From Methanobacteriota archaeon (lineage in GTDB: Archaea; Thermoplasmatota; Poseidoniia; Poseidoniales; Thalassarchaeaceae), in the NCBI GenBank assembly GCA_016845345.1, contig JAERSV010000080.1:8750-72749 (forward strand): 64,000 nt of DNA, in the 5' to 3' direction. Positions 37,618 to 47,300 of this stretch are shown piece after piece. Numbering within the stretch: position 1 is the first letter of the stretch; every line of letters starts with the position of its first letter. The translations under genes were made by a program, and so were the position numbers. Under the pieces are notes generated by a model, which saw only the letters and a list, made by a program, of their open reading frames with translations, made no database searches and had not been told where the DNA came from.

Positions 37618-39961
37618 CCCCGTCCTCCTTGCGCAAAGCCGTTACGAAGAGGAATGTAAACAAGAAAATAATAAGCGGAGGAAGGAATGTGAATATCGAA
37701 GATGACGGGTTTTCTGACATCAATGAAATGTGAGCGTTGATGGTTCCGTATGAGTCACTGAAACCGTCGCTGTTGGAATCTGGACACCCTTGCAAATCAA
37801 TGGACGAGGTGCCTGCCTCTGTAGGGCAGTCATCTCTTAGACTTCCCATGGTGTTGTCACCGTATCCATCACCATCTTGGTCAGACCATTGTAGACGATT
37901 CTTCGGGAATGCATCTGCTTCTCCCTCTGGATTTGCTAACCATGTCTCATCAGGGTCTGAGTAACCATCTCGGTCAATATCAGGGCATCCTAAACGATCA
38001 ATCAGTGATACCCCAAGGCTCACTTCCTCAAAGGGGCAAGCATCGGATTGGTGGCCAAAACTATTGTCCCCAAATCCATCGCCATCCGAATCTGCCCATT
38101 GACTAGGGTCATACGGGAATCTGTCGCCCATGTCACTATACCCATCATTGTCAGAATCTGTGCAACCATGACGGTCTTCGCGGCTCGTCCCGGGTGTTTC
38201 CTTACACCGGTCCGGACTTGTTGCCCCTGCTGCCTGGTTATCACCAAAACCATCTCCATCAATGTCTTCCCATTGGGTCGGGTCATTGATGAACGCATCT
38301 GCCTCACCAAATGGATTTGCTAACCAACCAAGTTCTGGTTGAGCATCCGAAGAGCCATCGCCATCTGTATCAGGACAGCCCCACCGATCGCGATATGATT
38401 TACCAAAGGTTGCAACACAGGAATCAGATTGCCATGCACCTGGTTCTTGGTTATCTCCAAATCCATCGCCATCAACATCATGCCATTGCGTGATTTCTTC
38501 AGGGAACGCGTCGCCAAATCCAGATGGATGTGCTAACCAATTTCCGTCAGGGTTTGAATATCCATCACCATCTGAATCGGGACATCCAAATCGGTCCTGA
38601 TGAGAACTTCCAATCCTATTGACACAAGAATCCGGTTGAGAACCCGAAAGGTTGTCTCCGTATCCGTCCCCGTCTAAATCAGCCCACTGAGTTGGCTCAT
38701 TTGAAAAGTTATCAGCCTGCGTAGCACCATTTGCCGTGTTATCCCCATAACCATCCCCGTCTGTGTCGAGCCACTGGGTTGGATTGTCAGGGAAAGCATC
38801 AGGGTCTGTACCGAGCGGATTATCACCAAAACCATCCAAATCTCGGTCTGCCCACTGAGTTGGGTCATTGGGGAAAGCGTCGGCGCAGTGAGTTTCTTCG
38901 CTCTGGCAAAGCGCTGGGTCGTGCGTCCAGTTCACACTTGGATTTGACCAACCATCACCATCGCTATCTACACAACCAAATCGGTCTTCTGTAGAATTGC
39001 CCCATTTTGTAGGGCAAAAGTCAGGGCGAGTTGCGTTTTCAACAAATTCTCCAATCCCTGTTCCATCTCTCAATACTCCCCAACTCACGTCTGCCCAATT
39101 GTCACCAAAAGAATCTGAATCAGTATCATGCCATTGAGTATCATCTTGGAAAAATGCGTCAGCACCGTCTGAAACATACCAAGGCGAGTCCGACCAGAGC
39201 GATGTCGGGTCAGGGTCGGACCAACCATCGGCATCACTATCAGTGCACCCGTTTCGGTCTTGTGTTGAATGTCCGTAGAAGTCTGGGCAACCATCAGGAT
39301 TGTTTGCAGGTGCAGGATTGTCACCAAAATCATCACCATCTGAATCGTGCCATTGAGTGTCATCACTAGGGAAAGCATCGGCCCCTTGAGTTACAGTCCA
39401 CCCAGAACTAGGGTCACTATATCCATCCCCGTCAGAGTCTGGACAACCATCCCTATCAGATGTTGAATCGCCAGGCGTGGTATCACAATCATCGTTATTG
39501 TCGGTAAATCCGTCCTCATCGGTATCTCGGTATCCAGTCTGGAGTTGGGGAGTTACATCGTAATCGAATTGACTTGAAAACCATCCATCTGGCACTGCTT
39601 TAATACGGAAAAAATACCAGTCATGTGATGTTGCAGTGGCTGCAATATTTCTGGTTCCATCATTTGCGAAATTCGTTGATGTCAACTCATTTCCAGCGGA
39701 ATCGTAAATTCCCATTTGTCCATCATAACCATCAAAGGTTCCATGGCAACATGTGCTCACACTGAGGCTCACTGAATCGCCGGTCCAGGCTTCTATTTTC
39801 CACCAATCCGTAGTGTCACCATCTGCGTCTACAGCACCACTACTAGTAGAGCCGTCTGTTAGAAGAGCGGCAGTTGAGATTGAGTTGTCTGCAGAAACTG
39901 TAGGAATTGGGATGAGAGTAAGGGCAATGAAAATCGCAATTACACGTAGCCCGGCTCGCAT
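37601..39961 (-). CDS. Thrombospondin type-3 repeat-rich secreted protein with C-terminal TM anchor
   Basis: It has about 15 repeats of D-x-D-x-D-G-(Y/F/W)-x-D motifs flanked by GCPD (for example DTDEDGFTDNNDDCD and DRDGCPDSDGDGYSDP). The signal peptide is VIAIFIALTLIPIPTVSA and the C-terminal helix is PPLIIFLFTFLFVTAL. Confidence 0.7.
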   Translation of the reverse strand: MRAGLRVIAIFIALTLIPIPTVSADNSISTAALLTDGSTSSGAVDADGDTTDWWKIEAWTGDSVSLSVSTCCHGTFDGYDGQMGIYDSAGNELTSTNFANDGTRNIAATATSHDWYFFRIKAVPDGWFSSQFDYDVTPQLQTGYRDTDEDGFTDNNDDCDTTPGDSTSDRDGCPDSDGDGYSDPSSGWTVTQGADAFPSDDTQWHDSDGDDFGDNPAPANNPDGCPDFYGHSTQDRNGCTDSDADGWSDPDPTSLWSDSPWYVSDGADAFFQDDTQWHDTDSDSFGDNWADVSWGVLRDGTGIGEFVENATRPDFCPTKWGNSTEDRFGCVDSDGDGWSNPSVNWTHDPALCQSEETHCADAFPNDPTQWADRDLDGFGDNPLGTDPDAFPDNPTQWLDTDGDGYGDNTANGATQADNFSNEPTQWADLDGDGYGDNLSGSQPDSCVNRIGSSHQDRFGCPDSDGDGYSNPDGNWLAHPSGFGDAFPEEITQWHDVDGDGFGDNQEPGAWQSDSCVATFGKSYRDRWGCPDTDGDGSSDAQPELGWLANPFGEADAFINDPTQWEDIDGDGFGDNQAAGATSPDRCKETPGTSREDRHGCTDSDNDGYSDMGDRFPYDPSQWADSDGDGFGDNSFGHQSDACPFEEVSLGVSLIDRLGCPDIDRDGYSDPDETWLANPEGEADAFPKNRLQWSDQDGDGYGDNTMGSLRDDCPTEAGTSSIDLQGCPDSNSDGFSDSYGTINAHISLMSENPSSSIFTFLPPLIIFLFTFLFVTALRKEDGGELLE

Positions 39962-40045
39962 TGGATGCCTTAGGCATCCCTCATGGTGATAACCACTTTG
40001 CAGGCATGATGAGAAGATTTTACGCCACTTGAGAAAGAGATTATC

Positions 40046-41317
40046 TCATTCTGCGTAAAAAATTGCATATTTTTCTGCATTTAGACGATATGTGTATTCA
40101 TCAGTCACCCTTTTTCGCCCATTCGCCACCAACTCGGGAATAATTTCTGGGTTTCCAAGAAGATTGTTGACTGTATTAGCGAGTGAATTTGGGTTCCCAA
40201 CCTCAAATAAACCGCCTACACTTTCATCTACCATTTCAGGTAAAGGACCATCGTTTACAGTAGCACAAGGAGTACCAGATGCCATAGATTCTAGTGGGAT
40301 TAATCCCTGACCCTCATAAAGTGAAGGGTAAATACTCAAATCAGCAGATCTGAACAACTGTGCCAAGTCAGAAAATGGCATCCCGGATTCTATTGTTACT
40401 GAATCTTGAATACCTAGATTTTTTGCCTGCTTCAATAGAGTTTTTCGCATATGCCCGCGTCCAACAATCACCAGATGCGCGCCACTATTTTTTGCCAAAA
40501 TTTCAGGCATGCCTCTGAGCAGGGTTCGAAATCCCTTTCGGCCTGCTAATCGCCCTACTGCTAACAATAGAGGAGTCTTCGTATCAGCAGCACCGCGGAG
40601 TGCTGCTTCGTCTGGTTGGCCATAACGACTGCGCATTTTTTCATGCGCTAATTGTGAATCTTCATCATCGTGATTTTGCGGACGGAACATGTCAATATCA
40701 ACGCCCCATCTTACAACTTCGACACGCCAATTTTGTGGTGGATTGTATCTCTCTTCAAAATCTCGCTTCGTTGCCTCAGAATTTGCCACGCACACCGTTG
40801 ACCCACGCACTGCTGCACGCTCGTATTTTGCATAATGTTTAGCCGACAAAAGTATCGCCAAATCGTTTGGATTCTTCCACGTTGCTGACTCACCATATTT
40901 TGCTGCACGCAGCATTCCATCCCTCTCACCAAGCCATGAACCATGCAAAGTTGTAGTCACATTACCTATTTCAGCCCGTACTTGAGCAAATTGTTTCTCG
41001 GTCCACGAAATCATTGGTGCATGCACATGTACCGCATCAACTGGTTCAACCTTGTGAAGTCGTAACAATTCTCTGAGCGCATGTCGGCCGTAAGAACGTG
41101 TGAACGCCATAGGTATTTTTGCCCATTTCACCATCACAACATTCACGCCATCTAATTTAGGAATCAAAGATGGATTCTTTATAGCCTGAGAATCGCGGCG
41201 CGTTATCACCGTCACCTTGTGGCCCATTTTTGCTAACGCACTTGAAAGATGAAAGACAGTTGAGCCCATCCCGCCCCAACGGGGCGGATACTCCCCAGAC
41301 AACATCGCCACGTGCAT
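40046..41317 (-). CDS. Glycosyltransferase family 4 (GT-B, glycos_transf_1)
   Basis: It has the C-terminal EGQGLIPLESMASGTPCATVNDGPLPEMV motif characteristic of GT4. Confidence 0.75.
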   Translation of the reverse strand: MHVAMLSGEYPPRWGGMGSTVFHLSSALAKMGHKVTVITRRDSQAIKNPSLIPKLDGVNVVMVKWAKIPMAFTRSYGRHALRELLRLHKVEPVDAVHVHAPMISWTEKQFAQVRAEIGNVTTTLHGSWLGERDGMLRAAKYGESATWKNPNDLAILLSAKHYAKYERAAVRGSTVCVANSEATKRDFEERYNPPQNWRVEVVRWGVDIDMFRPQNHDDEDSQLAHEKMRSRYGQPDEAALRGAADTKTPLLLAVGRLAGRKGFRTLLRGMPEILAKNSGAHLVIVGRGHMRKTLLKQAKNLGIQDSVTIESGMPFSDLAQLFRSADLSIYPSLYEGQGLIPLESMASGTPCATVNDGPLPEMVDESVGGLFEVGNPNSLANTVNNLLGNPEIIPELVANGRKRVTDEYTYRLNAEKYAIFYAE

Positions 41318-41444
41318 TTTCTCACCTCCGTTGCCATTTCAGGCATAACGGCCACTTAGGCCATCGTTTTCAAGCGATTCCTTGACAGTTCATCCAATAG
41401 AGCCATTCAAGAGAGATGGGGCAGTCGGCGGTTTGGTGACAGAG

Positions 41445-42179
41445 ATGTCTGATACACTTCCGGTGCATGTGACTGTGGTTATACCAACCCGAAATGAAGA
41501 GGCTGCAATCGTTGATACGATTAGGTCTGTACCCTCTGATGGATGGTGTGAAAAACTTGATTTCTTAATTATTGATGGTAATTCCTCTGACAGAACAAGA
41601 GAATTGGCTAAGCAAGAAGGCGCACAAGTATATCTTGAGCCACGCAAGGGTTACGGTAGAGCATATCGAACAGGGTTTGCTATGGCGCCAGGGGAAATTA
41701 TCGTAACAATGGACGCTGACTGTACATATCCTGGTGAAGAAGTACCGGGATTAGTACGAAAACTGGTTGAAGAAGATTTGGAATTCATCACCTGTGACCG
41801 CCTAAAAAGAGCTGAGGAAGGCAGCATGTCAGGTATGCACGGTTTTGGTAATTGGGCTTTATCATTCACTGCTCGCATGTTGTTCTGGTATGGGATTCAT
41901 GATTCCCAATCCGGTATGTGGGTGTTTTACAAGCGCATCATGGATAACCCGAAAATGAGGCCGACCAACGATGGAATGCCACTTTCAGAAGAGATGAAAA
42001 TCAATGCGCGTCGCTGTTTTGGCAAGAAAAAGGCAATTGAGATTTCAGTGCCATATCGTCCAAGAGTTGGCGATGCTGAAATCAATACTTGGGCTGATGG
42101 TAGAAAGAATCTAATCTTCCTTTATCTCAAGCGATTTGGACTAAATCGAACCCGCTCTCCTTGGGGACCTGAAGAATAA
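41445..42179 (+). CDS. Glycosyltransferase family 2 (dolichyl-phosphate sugar transferase-like)
   Basis: It has VVIPTRNEE, IIDGNSSDRT and MDADCTYP (DxD) motifs. The ORF is open from 41382; the MSDTLPVHV Met was chosen. It is divergent from the GT4 gene. Confidence 0.7.
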   Translation: MSDTLPVHVTVVIPTRNEEAAIVDTIRSVPSDGWCEKLDFLIIDGNSSDRTRELAKQEGAQVYLEPRKGYGRAYRTGFAMAPGEIIVTMDADCTYPGEEVPGLVRKLVEEDLEFITCDRLKRAEEGSMSGMHGFGNWALSFTARMLFWYGIHDSQSGMWVFYKRIMDNPKMRPTNDGMPLSEEMKINARRCFGKKKAIEISVPYRPRVGDAEINTWADGRKNLIFLYLKRFGLNRTRSPWGPEE

Positions 42180-42277
42180 GGCGTAAAGATTCGGTGTTGC
42201 TACCAACACCACCTGTTAGCGGAGTCACTCGTATGTTAATTTACTACACAGTAGTAATAAAATTCGGGTAGAGGACT

Positions 42278-43933
42278 TTGGCTGTAAGTAAATCCGATGT
42301 TGCGGTTCTTTTTGAAGAGCCGATAAGGATTGGTTCTGGAGGCGGATTTTGGGGTGATAGACCACTTGCACCTGTGGACCTCCTCAAAAGCGATGATTTG
42401 GATTATATGATTATTGATTACCTCGCTGAATTGACTCTCTCCATCATGACCAAACAGAAGCGTCGAGACCCCAGTTCTGGCTGGGCAACCGACCTAGAGT
42501 TATGGCTGGCAGCAGGCGGAATTGATGCTCTACGAAAAAAATCGGTGAAACTTGTAACTAACGCAGGTGGTGCAAATCCAGAATCCTGTGCAAGGATGGT
42601 TCTTGAACAAGCGTCAAAAATAGGTTGGCATGAATGTAAGGTTGCGGTGATATCAGGTGACGATATTCTTCCCCGACTTGATTATCTATTGGCTAATGGG
42701 GAAGACCTAACTCATTTTGAGACTGGCGAAAAATTATCTGATAATGGGGTCGAGATGATGTCTGCAAACGCCTATCTCGGCGCCGGCCCAATCGCATCAG
42801 CACTGGAAATCGGTGCTGATATCATTATCACCGGGCGGGTTGCTGATGCGAGTCTTTTAGTCGGTTGTATGTTACATTCAGCAGGATGGGCCTACAACGC
42901 CTTTCAACTCGGCTTGACTCGAGAATCACCTGTCGTAGATTGGGCACCACAGCATATCACAAATCCTCTTGATGTTCTAGCACAATGGACCATTGCCGGA
43001 CATTTGATAGAATGCGGCGCTCAGGTTTCTGGTGGAAATTATTCTAACTGGGGTGAAGTACCAAACCTTGCTACCCTAACTCTACCGATTGCTGAAATCT
43101 ATCTAAATAGTGATGTCAAAATAACTCGGGGAAAAGCCGGAGGTGGAATGGTGAATAGAAAGATTGTTGCTGAACAACTAATCTACGAAATCGGAGACCC
43201 AGAAGAATATATCACACCTGATGTAATAGTTGATATGAGAAACATCAGCATTGAAGATGAATCTGAGGATGTGGTGATTGTAAAAGGCGCTATTGGCAAA
43301 CCTGAACCTAAATCTCTGAAAGTCAGTGCCGCTGTAGAAGGAGGTTGGTTTGCATCATCCTCACTACTCGTCAGTGGGCCACATGCCATCGCAAGAGCAA
43401 ACGCTTGTGATCTCGCTCTGAGAGCCCGACTCTCTGCCTTAGAAGAATTAGAGATTCACACCGAATTCATTGGATCTGGTGTGACATTACCCAAAAACAT
43501 CCGGCAAGAATTATTCCCCCTACTGAACCCACCAGAAATCATGCTGCGATGGGCAGTAACAAGTCCTAATCGCAGAGATATCACTGATTTTACCCAAGAA
43601 GTTGCTCCCCTCGTACTGACTGGACCTGCTGGAGTAGGTGGGTATGGGGCTAGGCCTAAACCACGCCGCCAACTACAATTTTGGCCGACTCTAATCTCAA
43701 GAAAATCTGTCGAGTCATTGGTGAAAATTGAACTTCTCACCCATCTTCACATTTCAGCAGAAAGTGAACGATTCCATTTTATTCGCAGGCGAACAAGAGG
43801 TTTCATCTCCAGACTTCAAGATGAACTTGATGAGCGAGAGTGGACCCGTCCATTGGTGAAGAAACTGGGATGGGAACGAAATGACTCTATTACTGACCTG
43901 ACAATTCAAAAAGAAAAAGAGGTGGAAATTTGA
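42278..43933 (+). CDS. AtuA-like DUF1446 family protein (tentative)
   Basis: The N-terminal IRIGSGGGFWGD pattern and ~550-aa length fit the family. It is followed, with a 4-nt overlap, by a small partner ORF, as is typical for DUF1446/DUF4387 pairs. Confidence 0.4.
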   Translation: MAVSKSDVAVLFEEPIRIGSGGGFWGDRPLAPVDLLKSDDLDYMIIDYLAELTLSIMTKQKRRDPSSGWATDLELWLAAGGIDALRKKSVKLVTNAGGANPESCARMVLEQASKIGWHECKVAVISGDDILPRLDYLLANGEDLTHFETGEKLSDNGVEMMSANAYLGAGPIASALEIGADIIITGRVADASLLVGCMLHSAGWAYNAFQLGLTRESPVVDWAPQHITNPLDVLAQWTIAGHLIECGAQVSGGNYSNWGEVPNLATLTLPIAEIYLNSDVKITRGKAGGGMVNRKIVAEQLIYEIGDPEEYITPDVIVDMRNISIEDESEDVVIVKGAIGKPEPKSLKVSAAVEGGWFASSSLLVSGPHAIARANACDLALRARLSALEELEIHTEFIGSGVTLPKNIRQELFPLLNPPEIMLRWAVTSPNRRDITDFTQEVAPLVLTGPAGVGGYGARPKPRRQLQFWPTLISRKSVESLVKIELLTHLHISAESERFHFIRRRTRGFISRLQDELDEREWTRPLVKKLGWERNDSITDLTIQKEKEVEI

Positions 43934-44331
43934 GCGAAACTGTTTGGATTCCTCTTTCAAATTTGGCCCATGGGAGATCTGGTGACAAAGGAGACTCATT
44001 CAACATCGGGCTTATCGCCCACAAAAAAATGTGGCTAGAAATCCTCGAACTTTCTGTGACTCCAAAACTACTCGACCAGTGGTATGGTGACTCGGTGACT
44101 GGTTTAATTTCGGTGTGGCCAATGCCCGGGATTGGAGCAATTAATTGCCTTTTGCGAGGAGGGTTAGGCGGCGGTGCGACGACTTCCTTGAGGCTTGATG
44201 CACAAGGAAAAATATGGGGCCAATCCATTCTAAGGATGCGAGTTCCGGTAAACAAAAAACAGGCTGAAGAATTAGGTGTACCGCTAAATAATCAATCTGA
44301 AAATCAATGGGATATGTCTCACATTCTTTGA
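43930..44331 (+). CDS. Small partner protein, DUF4387-like (tentative)
   Basis: It is 133 aa long and translationally coupled (ATGA-type overlap) to the upstream gene. Confidence 0.35.
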   Translation: MSETVWIPLSNLAHGRSGDKGDSFNIGLIAHKKMWLEILELSVTPKLLDQWYGDSVTGLISVWPMPGIGAINCLLRGGLGGGATTSLRLDAQGKIWGQSILRMRVPVNKKQAEELGVPLNNQSENQWDMSHIL

Positions 44332-44351
44332 TTGGATTTAACAAAATAATC

Positions 44352-47300
44352 TCAATCAAGTTCAACCATCGATGGTATATCATCATCTGATTTTTGTTCC
44401 CCGTCTACTTCTTCTGTGAAGTCAAGAGGTTTTTCATCACCTACTGGGCCTATGGTATCAGAATCTTCATCAAATGGAGAATCTCCATCTTCATCACCAA
44501 AACCACCAACACCCCATGATTCAATCATTTGCAAATCAGCAGCAAGGCGGCGTTTACGGGAAAATGTGTAGATTACCCCACCACCAACAGCTAATCCAAG
44601 AAGACCAAGAATTATGGCAACTGTACTATCCATTATGACATCAAAGAATGACGATTGCTGTGAAGCACCTTCGACTCTGATAGTCGATGAAAGGCGATTC
44701 GAAAGATGTGGCTCTTCTTGTGGCCCATCGCGGCAGATTACCTCAATGTTCACCCAACCATCACGACCTGGTGTAACTCTCACTTGGCCAGTCCATGTGC
44801 TGTCACTAGCAACATCATCAGGGTTTGCACCATCATCGGAAAGTGAAAATTCGGTCTCGATTCCACCCTGAGATGCCCAACCCACACACTCCCAAGTTGT
44901 CATATCAGCATCAAGAACGAAAGCACGCGTAGTAATGATTGATTCAACACCAGCAGTCAACGTGCCCGGTTCTACCAGCAAATCATCCAAAACCGGCCAC
45001 GAATCTTCAACAGTAATATTGACAAACGCCCAAGTTGAAGAGCCTCGGCTATCTTTCACCTGAAGTGAAATCAACTGTGTTCCTGGAGCCAAAGTCTGAT
45101 TACCCATCTCCGTCTCATTCAACAATACAGCAGATGCACCTTGACCAAGGTACCAACGATAGAGAATTATATCTTCATCTGCATCCCATGATTCGTTAGC
45201 ATTTAGAAAAATGTTTGCACCGGGAGAAATTGTTTCCCCCTCTTGGGGCGAGGAAATAATAGCCATAGGTGGAGACGCTAGAACCTTCAAAGAACGCGTC
45301 TCATTTCTACTCATTCCAGTCTCGTCTGTAACAGTGTACGTAAGAGTGTGATCGCCTGAAGGAACATACCTTGAATACCAGAAATTTGGACTTACAGCAT
45401 CGAGTATGGGTTCAGAAAGCAAGTTAGAAGTTACGCTAAAAGTAAAGTTATCGCCATCCGGGTCCCATGATTGTTGAGGGTCAAAAAGTACCACTTCATT
45501 GCTTACAACCTCGATTCCATCATCAGGTGAACTCAGTACAAGAATCGGGGCACTCGTAGACACTTCGATTGTAATAGAATCGGTCACAGGGGTATTTACT
45601 CCATCCGAAACTGTGAGGGTGACTACATTCGTGCCACTAGGTAATCGAGCCTCTACCTGCCAATCACCACCAAATGGTTCACTCAGTAAACTGCTAGTCC
45701 ATTCAGGAGTTACCGTATCGGGCATAGACGGAGAGCCGGGGTTACACAACCAACCAGTTGACATTTCCGGGAATGCTTCTGCACAGGGTGCATCCCAATC
45801 GCCAGAACCATAGGCTGAGAAAAGGACAAGGTCGGCTGACTCAATACTATCGCTGGGGGATGGTGATTCAATGTGAGAAAGAGGAGGGGAATTTAGCACC
45901 TCGACCTCAACTTCAAATGGTGTTGACCACTGATTGATATGGTATGAATCATCATCTGAAAGTCGCAGACTGATGGTGTGTGTTCCTTGGCTGAGATACC
46001 CGGTCCAAATCAGAGGGGTGGTCATTGATGTATTCAAGTCACCATCAATATCAGAATTCCACCAAGCATCAATCTCATCACCTTCGGGGTCAAAGGATGC
46101 TGAGCCATCAAACGTAACGATTGATTGCGAGAAATTTGAGTCACGATTGACCGTGAAAGAGGGATGCGGATATTCATTCTGAACCTCCACTGAGATATTG
46201 TAGTACACAATTGGGTTGAGCCCGTCGGAGAAGGCCATCGTGTAGGTGAACTCTCTGCTTGGTGCGAATTCAAATGTCCTATTCCACTCAAGCGGATAAT
46301 TGGTTGTGACTCCAATACCAGCCTGCTCATATTCGGTCCATTCGCCTGTTTGAATCAAATCACCTTCTGCATCAGTTGTATCACTAGCGTTGACATGGAG
46401 ATTCTCTGTGTAGTTGAGGCGCAGTACCCCATCCCAGTCAAGAGGAGGTGTGGTCTGTACAATGACCGAAGGCGGCAGATTTACGAACTCGATTGTCCGC
46501 GTCTCACTTGCACAATTTCCTTGGTCATCACAGACTTGTAAAGTAATCTGGTGCTCACCATCTACGAGAGTACAACCCCCTTGACCTTGCCCCGCATTTG
46601 GACCGTTGACTAACATATCCCCCGGCACAACTCCGCCCATAAATGGATTGCAAAATACACTAGTATCACCATCAATATCACTAGTCCATTGGAATGTGAT
46701 TGGGTCGTTGTCCAAATCCCATGAGTTGCTGGCGTTGAACCAGATTTCCGCGCCTGAACTAGTCACTGTCCCATTCAATGGCTCATCCCAGAGAATAAGT
46801 GGTGGTTGATTGACAAGAGTGATTGTGCACAAGTGCATCATCAAATCCTGATTGAGTGCATCTGGTCCAGTTGTTCCTTGTGTGTTATCATACCAACATT
46901 CAGTAGAAAAGTCCGTCACTGCAGACGAACCTGTTAGTGTATGCCTTTGTCCTACAAAGGGACCTAGTAGTTGGTTCCCGCCGTAAGGAACTGTAATAGA
47001 GAAATCACTTTCAAATTGCGAAAATGACGCATTTACCATCGCATATGGTAAACCATGGCTAAATTGATTAACAACCCACAAATCAACAAACCACATTTCA
47101 TCAAAGGTCACACTTGGCGCCAATGAAGGAATCGTCACTTGGCTGGAAATTGACCGAACATAACTCTGGCCTGTAATCGAAAATGGTACGCTACCCTGAA
47201 CGTAATCTGTTAGATTTAGGTCACTGCCTGAAATCGCTACACTACCTGTACACCCTGAAACATCTAAGCCCCATGTGTTCAGTTTTGGTAGATTTGATAC

